A DNA stretch of 64,000 bases. Origin: an uncultured Candidatus Rokubacteria bacterium (lineage in GTDB: Bacteria; Methylomirabilota; Methylomirabilia; Rokubacteriales; DASRDR01). How positions within the stretch are numbered: the first letter of the stretch is position 1; every line of letters begins with the position of its first letter. A program made the position numbers and the translations under genes. Below are positions 50,366-61,640 of the stretch, in pieces. Under the pieces are notes generated by a model. The model did no database searches, was not told the origin of the DNA, and saw only the letters and a program-made list of their open reading frames with translations. Location: contig CAWGVS010000005.1 of assembly GCA_963826115.1 (NCBI GenBank), positions 640,001 through 704,000 on the forward strand, written 5' to 3'.

Positions 50366-51279
50366 AGTTCCTCTCGGCGCTCGGCGACCGCCTGCGGGAC
50401 GGGCTCGGGAAGACGCGCGCCGCGTTCGAAGAGGGCTTCGCCCGGATCTTCAAGGGGCAGGAGCTCCAGGGCGAGACCGTGGAGGACCTCGAGGCGCTTC
50501 TCCTCCAGGCGGACCTCGGCCTGGAGATCGCCGAGGGATTCGTCGAGCGCGTCCGCGAGCAGTCGCGCGCGGGACGCCTGACGGACGGCGACGCGCGGAG
50601 CGCGCTCCGGGAGCATCTCCGCGAGGCCCTCGCCGGCGCCGGCGCGCCGCTCGCGCTCGACGCCCGACCCGCGGTGGTTCTCGTCGTCGGCGTGAACGGG
50701 TCCGGGAAGACCACGACGTGCGGGAAGCTCGCCTGGCGCCTCGGCCAGGAGGGGCATTCGGTCCTGCTGGGCGCGGGGGACACGTTCCGGGCCGCGGCGA
50801 TCGAGCAGCTCGAGCGCTGGGGCGAGCGGATCGGCGCCCCGGTGGTGAGCCAGGGTCCGGGCGCGGACACGTCGGCGGTCGCGTTCGACGCGGTGAAGGC
50901 CGCCCAGGCGCGCGGGTCCGAGGTCCTGATCGTCGACACCGCCGGCCGGCTCCACACGAAGTCGAACCTCATGGCGGAGCTGGCCAAGGTCAAGCGCGTG
51001 ATCGGCCGGCAGTGCCCGGGGGCGCCGCACGAGGTGCTCCTGGTCCTCGATGCGACCACGGGACAGAACGGGATCGCCCAGGCCCGCGTCTTCCACGAGA
51101 GCCTCGGGCTCACGGGTCTCGTGCTCACGAAGCTCGACGGCACCGCGAAGGGCGGCATCGTCGTCCGGATCTACCGGGAGCTCGGCGTCCCCATCAAGCT
51201 CGTCGCGACGGGGGAGAAGCCCGAGGACCTGGCGACGTTCGACCCCGACGCGTACGTCGACGCGCTGGTCGGAGTCTGA
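50362..51279 (+). CDS. ftsY: signal recognition particle-docking protein FtsY
   Basis: GLGKTR, GVNGSGKTTT, DTFRAAA, DTAGRLHTK, TKLDGTAKGG. Confidence 0.97.
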   Translation: MKFLSALGDRLRDGLGKTRAAFEEGFARIFKGQELQGETVEDLEALLLQADLGLEIAEGFVERVREQSRAGRLTDGDARSALREHLREALAGAGAPLALDARPAVVLVVGVNGSGKTTTCGKLAWRLGQEGHSVLLGAGDTFRAAAIEQLERWGERIGAPVVSQGPGADTSAVAFDAVKAAQARGSEVLIVDTAGRLHTKSNLMAELAKVKRVIGRQCPGAPHEVLLVLDATTGQNGIAQARVFHESLGLTGLVLTKLDGTAKGGIVVRIYRELGVPIKLVATGEKPEDLATFDPDAYVDALVGV

Positions 51280-51280
51280 C

Positions 51281-52399
51281 GTGAGGTGGGCTCCCGCCGG
51301 CGAGGGCCGCGACGCCCTCTGGATGGACCGGGCCCTCCGGCTGGCCGAGGGGGGCATCGGGCTCACCTCGCCGAATCCCGTGGTCGGCGCCGTGCTGGTG
51401 AAGGACGACCGCGTCGTCGGCGAAGGCGCGCACCTCCGCGCCGGCGGGCCGCACGCGGAGGCGGCGGCGCTGACCGTGGCCGGCCCCGCCGCCCGCGACG
51501 CGACGTGCTACGTGACGCTCGAGCCGTGCGCGCACTTCGGGCGGACGCCGCCGTGCGCGGACGCGCTGATCGCGGCGGGCGTCGCGCGCGTCGTGGTCGC
51601 CGTCGGGGATCCCTACCGCGAGGTCGACGGGCGGGGCGTGGCGCGGCTCCGCGCGGCGAGCGTGACGGTCGCCGTCGGCGTCCGCGAGACCGCGGCCCGC
51701 GCGCTGAACCGCGCCTTCTTCTGCGCGGTGACCGAGGGGCGGCCCCACGTCACGCTGAAGGCGGCGATGACGCTCGACGGCAAGATCGCCGCGGCGGACG
51801 GCGAGTCCCGGTGGATCACCGGCGAGGCCGCGCGACTCGAGGCTCACCGGCTCCGGTTCGCCGCGGACGCGGTGGTGGTCGGGATCGGCACGGTGCTGGC
51901 GGACGACCCCCGGCTGACCGTGCGGCATCCGGGCCTGCCCGCGAAGGAGCCGCTCCGCGTCGTCGTCGACAGCCGGCTCCGCACGCCCCCCGACGCGCGC
52001 GTCGTCCGCGCGGGCGATCCCTCGCGCACCGTCGTCGCCTGCGTCACGCCGGCGCCGCCCGGCCCGGCCGCCCGGCTCCGGCAGGCGGGTGTCCGGGTGC
52101 TCGAGCTGCCCGGCGACGCGGGGCGCGTGGACCTCCGCGCGCTCCTCGACGCGCTGCGTGCGATCGACGTCATCGCCGTGCTGGTGGAGGGAGGCGGGGA
52201 GCTCGGCGGCGCCCTCGTCGAGGCGGGCCTCGTGGACCGCGTGGCCTTCTTCGTGGCGCCGCGGCTTCTCGGCGGGCGCGAGGCGCCCGGGCCGCTCGGT
52301 GGCCGCGGCCGCGCGCTGAAGGACGCGCTGTCCCTCGTCGACGTGGTCACCCGGCGCCTCGGCGAGGACCTCCTCGTCGAGGGCGACGTCCGGCGCTAG
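51281..52399 (+). CDS. ribD: bifunctional diaminohydroxyphosphoribosylaminopyrimidine deaminase / reductase RibD
   Basis: [36 protein letters not shown]; alternative start ATG 51323. Confidence 0.96.
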   Translation: MRWAPAGEGRDALWMDRALRLAEGGIGLTSPNPVVGAVLVKDDRVVGEGAHLRAGGPHAEAAALTVAGPAARDATCYVTLEPCAHFGRTPPCADALIAAGVARVVVAVGDPYREVDGRGVARLRAASVTVAVGVRETAARALNRAFFCAVTEGRPHVTLKAAMTLDGKIAAADGESRWITGEAARLEAHRLRFAADAVVVGIGTVLADDPRLTVRHPGLPAKEPLRVVVDSRLRTPPDARVVRAGDPSRTVVACVTPAPPGPAARLRQAGVRVLELPGDAGRVDLRALLDALRAIDVIAVLVEGGGELGGALVEAGLVDRVAFFVAPRLLGGREAPGPLGGRGRALKDALSLVDVVTRRLGEDLLVEGDVRR

Positions 52400-52401
52400 T
52401 C

Positions 52402-53052
52402 ATGTTCACGGGCATCGTCGAGGCGCTCGGTCGCGTGGCGACCGTGGAGACCGCGGGCCTGGGCCGCCGGCTGGGGATTGCGGTGCCGGACGACGCGAGC
52501 TGGCGGCTCGGGCTCGGAGAGAGCGTGGCCGTGAGCGGCGTGTGTCTCACCGTGGTGGCGGCGTCGGGCGGCCGGCTCGGGTTCGACCTGGCGGAGGAGA
52601 CGGTGCGCGTGACGACGCTCGGCGGCCTCGGTGTCGGAGACCCCGTGAACCTCGAGCGGCCGCTCCGCTTCGACGGCCGCCTCGGCGGCCACCTCGTGCT
52701 GGGGCACGTGGACGGCGTGGGCCGGGTCACGGCCGTGCGCCCGGAGGGCGAGGGCACGCGGGTGGACGTGGAGACGCCGGGGCAGCTCCGGCCGCTCCTG
52801 ATCCCGAAGGGGTCGGTGACGGTGGACGGGGTGAGCCTGACGGTGGCCGCGCTCGAGGCGGACGGCTTCGCCGTCGCCCTGATCCCCCACACGCTCGCCG
52901 TGACCACGCTGGGCCGGCGACGTCCCGGGGATCCCGTCAACCTGGAGATGGACGTGATCGGGAAGTACGTGCGAGGCTTCGTCGAGCGCTGGCAGGCGTC
53001 GCCGCGCGGACCGCAGGGGGAGCGGGTGGACGCGGCAAGGAGGGAGTCATGA
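52402..53052 (+). CDS. ribE: riboflavin synthase
   Basis: MFTGIVE N-terminus, [27 protein letters not shown]. Confidence 0.97.
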   Translation: MFTGIVEALGRVATVETAGLGRRLGIAVPDDASWRLGLGESVAVSGVCLTVVAASGGRLGFDLAEETVRVTTLGGLGVGDPVNLERPLRFDGRLGGHLVLGHVDGVGRVTAVRPEGEGTRVDVETPGQLRPLLIPKGSVTVDGVSLTVAALEADGFAVALIPHTLAVTTLGRRRPGDPVNLEMDVIGKYVRGFVERWQASPRGPQGERVDAARRES

Positions 53053-54278
53053 CCGAGGGTGAGCGCGGGCGGCCGGGCTTCTCGTCGATCGCGGAGGCGA
53101 TCGCCGACATCCGCCAGGGGCGGATGGTCGTGGTGGTCGACGACGAGGACCGGGAGAACGAGGGCGACTTCCTGATGGCGGCGGACCGGGTGACGCCGGA
53201 GGCCATCAACTTCATGGCCCGGCACGGGCGCGGCCTGATCTGCGTGCCCATGACGGGCGAGCGCCTGGACGAGCTCCGGATCAGCATGATGGTGGCGGAC
53301 AACACCGCGTCCATGGGCACGGCGTTCACGGTGACCGTCGACGCCAAGCGGGGCGTGACGACCGGCACCTCCGCCTACGACCGGGCGCTCACCGTCAAGG
53401 CGCTCGTCGACCTCGGGACGCGGGCCGAGGACCTCGCCCGGCCCGGCCACATCCTGCCGCTCCGGTCCATGCCCGGCGGCGTGCTCCGTCGCGCCGGCCA
53501 CACGGAGGCGGCGGTCGATCTCGCGCGCCTCGCCGGCTGCTCGGAGGCCGGCGTGATCTGCGAGATCATGGACGAGCAGGGCGGGATGGCCCGGCTTCCG
53601 GAGCTCTTCGCGATCGCCCGCCAGCACGGGCTCCACGTCATCACGATCAAGGACCTGATCCGGTACCGGATCCAGAAGGACAAGCTCGTGCGGCGTGCGG
53701 CCACGACGCTCGTGCCCACCGCGCACGGGTCATTCGCGGCGATCGCCTACGAGACGACGGTGGACGACCGCGTGGTCCTGGCGCTCACCATGGGCGAGGT
53801 CCGCGGCGACGACCCCATCCTGGTTCGGATGCACTCGGAGTGCCTCACCGGCGACGTGTTCGGCTCGCAGCGCTGCGACTGCGGGGAGCAGCTCAACAAG
53901 GCGCTCGCCATCATCGCCGCGCAGGGCCGCGGGGTCCTCGTGTACCTCCGCCAGGAGGGGCGTGGCATCGGCCTCCTCAACAAGATGCGCGCGTACGAGC
54001 TCCAGGATCAGGGCAAGGACACGGTGGAGGCGAACGAGGCTCTCGGGTTCAAGGCCGACCTCCGCGACTACGGGATCGGCGCCCAGATCCTCGTCGACCT
54101 GGGCATCCGGTCGATGCGTCTGCTGACCAACAACCCGAAGAAGATCGTCGGCCTCGAGGGCTACGGCCTGCACGTCGTCGAGCGGGTGCCCGTCGAGACC
54201 CCGCCCTCGGAGACGAACCGCTTCTACCTGCGGACGAAGCACGACAAGCTGGGTCACCTCTTCTCCGACCGGCCCTAG
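53049..54278 (+). CDS. ribBA: bifunctional 3,4-dihydroxy-2-butanone-4-phosphate synthase / GTP cyclohydrolase II
   Basis: [49 protein letters not shown]. Confidence 0.98.
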   Translation: MTEGERGRPGFSSIAEAIADIRQGRMVVVVDDEDRENEGDFLMAADRVTPEAINFMARHGRGLICVPMTGERLDELRISMMVADNTASMGTAFTVTVDAKRGVTTGTSAYDRALTVKALVDLGTRAEDLARPGHILPLRSMPGGVLRRAGHTEAAVDLARLAGCSEAGVICEIMDEQGGMARLPELFAIARQHGLHVITIKDLIRYRIQKDKLVRRAATTLVPTAHGSFAAIAYETTVDDRVVLALTMGEVRGDDPILVRMHSECLTGDVFGSQRCDCGEQLNKALAIIAAQGRGVLVYLRQEGRGIGLLNKMRAYELQDQGKDTVEANEALGFKADLRDYGIGAQILVDLGIRSMRLLTNNPKKIVGLEGYGLHVVERVPVETPPSETNRFYLRTKHDKLGHLFSDRP

Positions 54279-54285
54279 GACGGAG

Positions 54286-54807
54286 ATGGCCGGCCCCGCC
54301 CCTGCTCCCGCACCGCGCCTCCGGGCCACCGGGCGGCGCGTCGTCATCGTGGCCTCGCGTTTCCACGAGGCCATCAGCCGGCGCCTCGCGGAGGGCGCGC
54401 GGGCGGCCCTCCTCCGCCATGGCGTCCGGCCCGGTGACGTGTCGGTCGTGTGGGTGCCCGGGGCGTTCGAGCTGCCCCAGGCCGCGGCGCGCCTCGCCGC
54501 CGCGGGCGGCGTCGACGCGCTGGTGTGCGTCGGGTGCGTCATCCGCGGGGAGACGCCGCACTTCGACTACGTGGCCGGCGAGGCCGCCCGCGGCATCTCG
54601 GAGGTCGGGCGCTCGACCGGCATCCCGACCACCTTCGGGCTGATCACCGCCAACACGCAGGAGCAGGCGGAGGCCCGGGCGGGCGGGACGGTGGGGAACC
54701 GCGGCGAGGAGGCGGCCCTCGCCGCGCTCGAGCTCCTCGGGCTCTTCGCGGGCCTTCCCGCGCGCGGGCGCCGGGCGCGGCCCGCCGCGCGGCGGCGGGG
54801 GCGCTGA
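54286..54807 (+). CDS. ribH: 6,7-dimethyl-8-ribityllumazine synthase
   Basis: VPGAFELP, IRGETPHFDYV, GNRGEEAA. Confidence 0.96.
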   Translation: MAGPAPAPAPRLRATGRRVVIVASRFHEAISRRLAEGARAALLRHGVRPGDVSVVWVPGAFELPQAAARLAAAGGVDALVCVGCVIRGETPHFDYVAGEAARGISEVGRSTGIPTTFGLITANTQEQAEARAGGTVGNRGEEAALAALELLGLFAGLPARGRRARPAARRRGR

Positions 54808-54812
54808 GCGAC

Positions 54813-55223
54813 GTGGGGCGCCGGCGCCAGGCCCGGGAGTGCGCGCTCCAGCTCCTCTACGAGCTGGACGTCCGGGGGGATTCGGATCCCGGGCCGGTGC
54901 TCGACGCGTTCTGGCAGCGGCAGCCCGTGCCCGAGGACGTGCGGACGTTCGCCGACGCGCTGGTCCGCGGTGTCGCCGCCCACCGGCCGAAGATCGACGA
55001 GCTGATCGTGCGCTTCGCCGAGCACTGGGAGCTCGACCGGATGGCCGTCGTGGACCGCAACGTCCTCAGAGCGGGGATCTGGGAGCTGCTCTGGGGCGTC
55101 GACGTCCCTCCCAAGGTCGCGATCAACGAGGCGCTCGAGATCGCGCGGCGCTTCTCGACCGAGGAGTCGACCGGCTTCATCAACGGGCTCCTCGACCGGG
55201 TTCGCCGGGAGCTCTGCCCGTAG
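54813..55223 (+). CDS. nusB: transcription antitermination factor NusB
   Basis: RRQARECALQLLY, W.LDRM..VDRNVLR, VAINEALE, FINGLLD; ribH-nusB synteny. Confidence 0.95.
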   Translation: MGRRRQARECALQLLYELDVRGDSDPGPVLDAFWQRQPVPEDVRTFADALVRGVAAHRPKIDELIVRFAEHWELDRMAVVDRNVLRAGIWELLWGVDVPPKVAINEALEIARRFSTEESTGFINGLLDRVRRELCP

Positions 55224-56791
55224 GGTTCCTTCGCCGCGCGCGAGGGACGGACGCCGGCCCCGCCGCGGCGAGCGACGGGCCGCCGGCCGAGCGATGGCGC
55301 CGCATCGCCGTCGCGGCCGCGGCCGGCTTCGCGATGCACCTCGCGTTTCCCCGTCCGGGCTGGGACCTCCTGGGCTGGGTGGCGCTGGCGCCCGTTCTCG
55401 CCCTGGCCGCGACGGCCCGCTCGCCGCGGGGCGCGCTCCTCGAGGGCTGGGTCGCCGGCGTCGCGTTCTTCCTGCCGCTCCTCCGCTGGCTCACGCACAC
55501 GATGACGACCTTCTCCCCGATGCCGATGCCGGTGGCTGTCCTCGTCATCCTCGCCATGGCGGGGTACCTCGGTCTCTACTGGGGCGGGACGGCGTGGACC
55601 CTGGCCTGGCTCCGCGCGCGACTCGGGGCGCGGGCGCTGTGGCTCGCGCCGGCCGTCTGGGTGGCCGGGGAGCTCGGCCGCGCGTACTTCATCACCGGGT
55701 TCCCGTGGGGACTCCTCGGCTACGTGCCGTCGCGACGGCTCCTCGTGATCCAGCTGGCCGCGTGGACCGGGGTCTACGGCGTCTCGGCCCTGGTGGTGCT
55801 CGTCAACACGGCCTTGGCCTGGATCATGGTCGAGCGTCGGGGCCGCGCCGCCGCCGCCGCGCTCGCCGTCTCCGCGGTCGCGGTGGGGGGCGCGCTCCTC
55901 GTGGGGCAGGCGCACCTGGCGGCGCCCGGCGGGCCGACGCTACCCGTCGCCGTGGTGCAGGGGAACATTCCGCAGGCGGTGAAGTGGGACGCGGCCTACA
56001 AGGCGGAGACGCTTCGCGTCTACGGCGAGCTGACGCGCGCGGCCGCGCCGGGCAGCCGGCTCGTCGTGTGGCCGGAGGCCGCGATGCCGGCGTACGTCCG
56101 GTTCGAGCCCGCGGCGATGCTCTGGCTGACCGCGCTCGCGGCCGACGTGCGCGTCCCGCTCCTGGTGGGCGCGCCCGACGCGGAGCCCGAGGGGAAGCGC
56201 ATGCGGTATCTCAACAGCGCGTTCCTCGTGGATCCGTCGGGGCTTCGCGCTCGCTATGATAAGATCCACCTGGTGCCGTTCGGGGAGTACGTGCCCTTGA
56301 AGCGGCTCCTCTTTTTCGTGGAGGCCATCGCCGCCGAGATCGGGGACTTCACGCCCGGCCGGCAGGTGGCGGTTCTCCCGCTGGAGGGCGCGCCGTTTGG
56401 CACGGTCATCTGCTACGAGGTCATCTTCCCCGGTCTGTTCCGGCGGTTCGTCGCGGAGGGCGCAGTCTTCATGACCAACATCACCAACGACGCGTGGTTC
56501 GGCGACTCGGGCGGGCCGCTCCAGCACCTCCAGATGGTGCCGCTCCGGGCGGTCGAGAACGGGATCGCGATCGCGCGCGCCGCGAACACCGGGGTGTCGG
56601 CCTTCGTCATGCCGTCGGGGGAGATCCGGGCGACCCTCCCGCTCAACACGCGCGGGACCCTCCGGGCCGACGTCCCGATCCGTCGCGGCACGACCTTCTA
56701 CACGCGCTTCGGCGACCTCTTCGCCTGTGCGTGCGCGGCCATCGCCGGGGCGGCCCTCGTCGCGGGGCTCGCCGCGGGGCGCCGAGGCTAG
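55214..56791 (+). CDS. lnt: apolipoprotein N-acyltransferase
   Basis: GFPWG, VQGNI, WPE, YDKIHLVPFGEYVP, ICYE, TNDAWFG, RAANTGVS; start uncertain (CTG 55214 or ATG 55334). Confidence 0.93.
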   Translation: MPVGFLRRARGTDAGPAAASDGPPAERWRRIAVAAAAGFAMHLAFPRPGWDLLGWVALAPVLALAATARSPRGALLEGWVAGVAFFLPLLRWLTHTMTTFSPMPMPVAVLVILAMAGYLGLYWGGTAWTLAWLRARLGARALWLAPAVWVAGELGRAYFITGFPWGLLGYVPSRRLLVIQLAAWTGVYGVSALVVLVNTALAWIMVERRGRAAAAALAVSAVAVGGALLVGQAHLAAPGGPTLPVAVVQGNIPQAVKWDAAYKAETLRVYGELTRAAAPGSRLVVWPEAAMPAYVRFEPAAMLWLTALAADVRVPLLVGAPDAEPEGKRMRYLNSAFLVDPSGLRARYDKIHLVPFGEYVPLKRLLFFVEAIAAEIGDFTPGRQVAVLPLEGAPFGTVICYEVIFPGLFRRFVAEGAVFMTNITNDAWFGDSGGPLQHLQMVPLRAVENGIAIARAANTGVSAFVMPSGEIRATLPLNTRGTLRADVPIRRGTTFYTRFGDLFACACAAIAGAALVAGLAAGRRG

Positions 56792-56795
56792 GGGC

Positions 56796-57891
56796 GTGCT
56801 GGGCGAGCTCCGGCGCGAGTTCGTGGACGTCGAGCGACGGCTCGACGACCTTCGGGGGCATCTTTGACCTGCTTTCGAAGGAAACGCGCATCGCCGCCAT
56901 CGACGCGGAGATGGCGAGCGCGGGGTTCTGGGACGACAGCCGACGGGCGCAGGGGCTGGTCCGCGAGCGCAACGATCTTTCGCGCCTCGTCGGGCGGTCG
57001 GGGGAGCTCTCGCGCGAGCTCACGGACCTCCGCACCCTCTGGGAGATGGCCCTCGAGGAGAGCGACGAGAGCCTCGAGCCCGAGATCCAGTCGAACCTCC
57101 AGCGTCTGCGCAAGGAGCTCCAGGACTTCGAGCTGACGGTCGTCCTGTCCGGCGACCACGACCGGAAGAACTCGATCCTCTCCATCCACGCCGGGGCCGG
57201 TGGCACCGAGTCGCAGGACTGGGCCCAGATGCTCCTCCGCATGTACACGCGCTGGACGGAGCGGCGAGGCTACAAGGTCGAGGTGGTCGACCTCCTGCCG
57301 GGCGACGAGGCGGGGATCAAGTCGGCCACCCTCGAGATCACCGGCGACTACGCCTACGGCTATCTGAAGGGCGAGACCGGCGTCCACCGGCTGGTGCGGA
57401 TCTCGCCGTTCGACGCCGCCAAGCGCCGCCACACGTCGTTCGCCTCGGTCGCGGTCATGCCGGAGGTCGAGGACATCGAGGTCGTGGTCCGCGACGACGA
57501 GATCCGCGTGGACGTCTTCCGCGCCTCCGGCCCCGGCGGCCAGGGCGTCAACACCGCGGACTCGGCGGTGCGCCTCACGCACCTGCCGACCGGGATCGTG
57601 GTGTCGTGCCAGAACGAGCGCTCGCAGCTCCGGAACCGGGACACGGCGATGCGCGTCCTCCGGGCGCGGCTGTACCAGGTCGCGGACCAGAAGCGGAAGA
57701 CGGAGCTCGAGCAGCTGACGGGCGACAAGAAGGAGATCGCGTTCGGGAGCCAGATCCGCTCGTACGTGTTCGCGCCCTACCAGCTCATCAAGGACCACCG
57801 GACTGCCGTCGAGATCGGCAACGTGGACGCGGTCATGGACGGGGACATCGACCCGTTCATCGAGGCGTTCCTGTTCGCCGGGCGGAGGTAG
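56796..57891 (+). CDS. prfB: peptide chain release factor 2 (programmed +1 frameshift at codon 23-24)
   Basis: GTG start reads MLGELRREFVDVERRLDDLRGHL then CTT TGA C; +1 frame has GGTESQDW, SPF and GGQ motifs. Confidence 0.97.
56853..56868 (+). promoter_or_regulatory. RF2 autoregulatory frameshift site (internal SD-like CGGGGG + CTT TGA C)
   Basis: cggggg-cat-CTT-TGA-C matches the canonical prfB slippery cassette. Confidence 0.93.
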
Positions 57892-57894
57892 GGC

Positions 57895-59484
<1,590 letters not shown>

Positions 59485-59498
59485 GGGTGCGGCGGGGC

Positions 59499-60713
59499 AT
59501 GCCCTTCGAGCTCCTCATCGGGCTCCGGTATCTCCGGTCGAAGGGCGGGCGCGGGTTCCTCTCGCTCCTCACGATCATCGCCATGGCCGGCATGGCAATC
59601 GGCGTGATGGCGCTCATCGTGGTCCTGGCCGTCATGTCCGGCTTCGAGGACGAGCTCCGGAGCAAGATCCTCGGGACGACCTCGCACATCCTCGTGATGG
59701 ACGTGAGCGGGCGCGGGATCCAGGATCCCGCGAAGGCGGTGGAGGCCATCCGCGCCAACCCCGAGGTCCGGTCCGCCGCGCCGTTCGTGCTCCAGCAGGT
59801 CATGCTCTCGCGCGGCGACTCCGCGACGGGCGTGGTGCTGCGCGGGATCGATCCGGAGACCGAGCGGCAGGAGCTCCAGGTCCGGGTCAAGCAGGGGAAC
59901 CTCGGCGACCTCGCGGGCCCCGAGCCCGCGATCGCTCTCGGCCGCGAGCTGGCGCGGACGCTGGGCGCCTTCGTGGGGGACGAGGTGGTGGCGATCTCGC
60001 CCCGGGGCGCGGTGACCGCGGTGGGCACCATCCCGAAGATGCGGCCGCTCCGCGTCGTCGCCGTCTTCGAGATCGGCCTCTACGAGTACGACTCGGCCCT
60101 CGCGTACACCTCCATCCAGACCGCGCAGCAGTTCGCGGAGATGGGCACGCGCGTGTCCGGCATCGAGGTCCGGCTCGTCGACGTCTACCAGGCGCGCCGG
60201 GTGTCGCGGGAGATCGGGGCGAAGCTCGGGATGCCCTACTGGACCCGGGACTGGACGGAGATGAATCGGAACCTCTTCTCGGCGATCCAGCTCGAGAAGA
60301 CCGCGATGTTCGTGATCCTGACCCTCATCATCTTCGTCGCGGCGTTCGCGATCATCAGCCACCTCATCCTGATGGTGGCCGAGAAGCGACGGGAGATCGG
60401 CGTGCTGCGGGCCCTCGGGGCCTCGGGCCGCAGCATCACGCTCGTGTTCATGGCCGAGGGCGTCCTGATCGGGTTCGTCGGGACCGTGGTGGGCACCGTC
60501 CTCGGCCTCACGATCGGGCTCGTCCAGGACCGCTACCACATCGTGAAGATTCCGGGTGACGTCTACCAGCTCTCGGAGCTGCCGATGAAGATGCACCCGC
60601 CGGAGATGATCCTGATCGCGGTGGCGGCGCTGGCGCTCTCCTTCCTGGCCACCATCTACCCCTCGCGCCAGGCCGCGCGGCTCCATCCGGTGGACGTGCT
60701 CCGGTATGAGTGA
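59499..60713 (+). CDS. lolE: lipoprotein-releasing ABC transporter permease LolC/E
   Basis: IGLRYLRSK, GVMALIVVLAVMSGF, NLFSAIQLEK, EIGVLRALGA, YPSRQAA..PV.VLRYE. Confidence 0.9.
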   Translation: MPFELLIGLRYLRSKGGRGFLSLLTIIAMAGMAIGVMALIVVLAVMSGFEDELRSKILGTTSHILVMDVSGRGIQDPAKAVEAIRANPEVRSAAPFVLQQVMLSRGDSATGVVLRGIDPETERQELQVRVKQGNLGDLAGPEPAIALGRELARTLGAFVGDEVVAISPRGAVTAVGTIPKMRPLRVVAVFEIGLYEYDSALAYTSIQTAQQFAEMGTRVSGIEVRLVDVYQARRVSREIGAKLGMPYWTRDWTEMNRNLFSAIQLEKTAMFVILTLIIFVAAFAIISHLILMVAEKRREIGVLRALGASGRSITLVFMAEGVLIGFVGTVVGTVLGLTIGLVQDRYHIVKIPGDVYQLSELPMKMHPPEMILIAVAALALSFLATIYPSRQAARLHPVDVLRYE

Positions 60714-61437
60714 GACGCCGGCCCCGTACCGCGTCGAGCGGCCGCCGGCCGAGGCGCACGCCCCGCTCCTCGTGGCCCAGGGAGTCGAGAAGGAGTACCG
60801 CACGAAGGCCGAACCGCTCCGGGTGCTGAAGGGTGTCAACCTCACGGTCCACGAGGGCGAGCTGGTCGCGGTGGTGGGCGCCTCGGGCATCGGGAAGTCG
60901 ACGCTCCTCCACGTCATGGGCGCGCTCGACCGCCCGACCGCCGGGTCGGTCTGGTTCCGGGGCGAGGACCTCTTCGCCCGGTCGGAGGCGGACCTGACGC
61001 GGTTCCGGCGGGAGGAGGTCGGCTTCGTCTTCCAGCTCTACAACCTCCTGACGGACTTCTCCGCGCTCGAGAACGCCATGCTCCCCGCGCTCATCCAGCG
61101 TCGGCCCGCGTCCGAGGCGCATGCCCTCGCGATGGACGCCCTCCGAGAGGTCGGCCTCCTGGAGCGCGTCGGCCACCGGCCCGGTGAGCTCTCGGGCGGC
61201 GAGCAGCAGCGGGTTGCCCTCGCGCGGGCGCTCGTGGGCCGTCCGGCCATGATCCTCGCCGACGAGCCCACCGGGAACCTCGATCCCAAGACGAGCCAGG
61301 ACGTCTTCGAGCTGTTCGCGCGCCTCCAGGCCGAGCGCGGGATGGCGTTCGTCATCGCGACGCACAACCTGGACCTGGCGCGTCGCGCCGACCGCCTCGT
61401 CCGGCTCGTCGACGGGCGCGCGATCGTCGAGGGCTGA
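60706..61437 (+). CDS. lolD: lipoprotein-releasing ABC transporter ATP-binding protein LolD
   Basis: GASGIGKSTLLH, LSGGEQQRVA, ADEPTGNLD, ATHN; follows lolC/E. Confidence 0.9.
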   Translation: MSETPAPYRVERPPAEAHAPLLVAQGVEKEYRTKAEPLRVLKGVNLTVHEGELVAVVGASGIGKSTLLHVMGALDRPTAGSVWFRGEDLFARSEADLTRFRREEVGFVFQLYNLLTDFSALENAMLPALIQRRPASEAHALAMDALREVGLLERVGHRPGELSGGEQQRVALARALVGRPAMILADEPTGNLDPKTSQDVFELFARLQAERGMAFVIATHNLDLARRADRLVRLVDGRAIVEG

Positions 61438-61532
61438 CCGCCCGACGCCTCGTCCGGGGTGTCGGGAGGGCCCGATTGGGCCCTAAGTGCCGGCCGGATG
61501 GTCGAAATTTTCCGTGAGGCCTCGACGGGCCA

Positions 61533-61540
61533 TGTATAAT
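61533..61540 (+). promoter_or_regulatory. -10 box TATAAT upstream of clpC
   Basis: Perfect TATAAT at 61535-61540, 100 nt before the start codon. Confidence 0.55.
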
Positions 61541-61640
61541 GACGCCCGGGAGTTGGCGAGCGCGCCCCGTGCCGATCCCGGGGATGGGCGCGCGCCGCCC
61601 GGTCGCCCGGCGCCGGGATGCCGGGCCTGGAGGAGGCCAC

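Noticed and set aside
51240-51320. FMN riboswitch ahead of the rib genes
   Set aside because: ribD follows ftsY with essentially no intergenic space and no RFN consensus is visible
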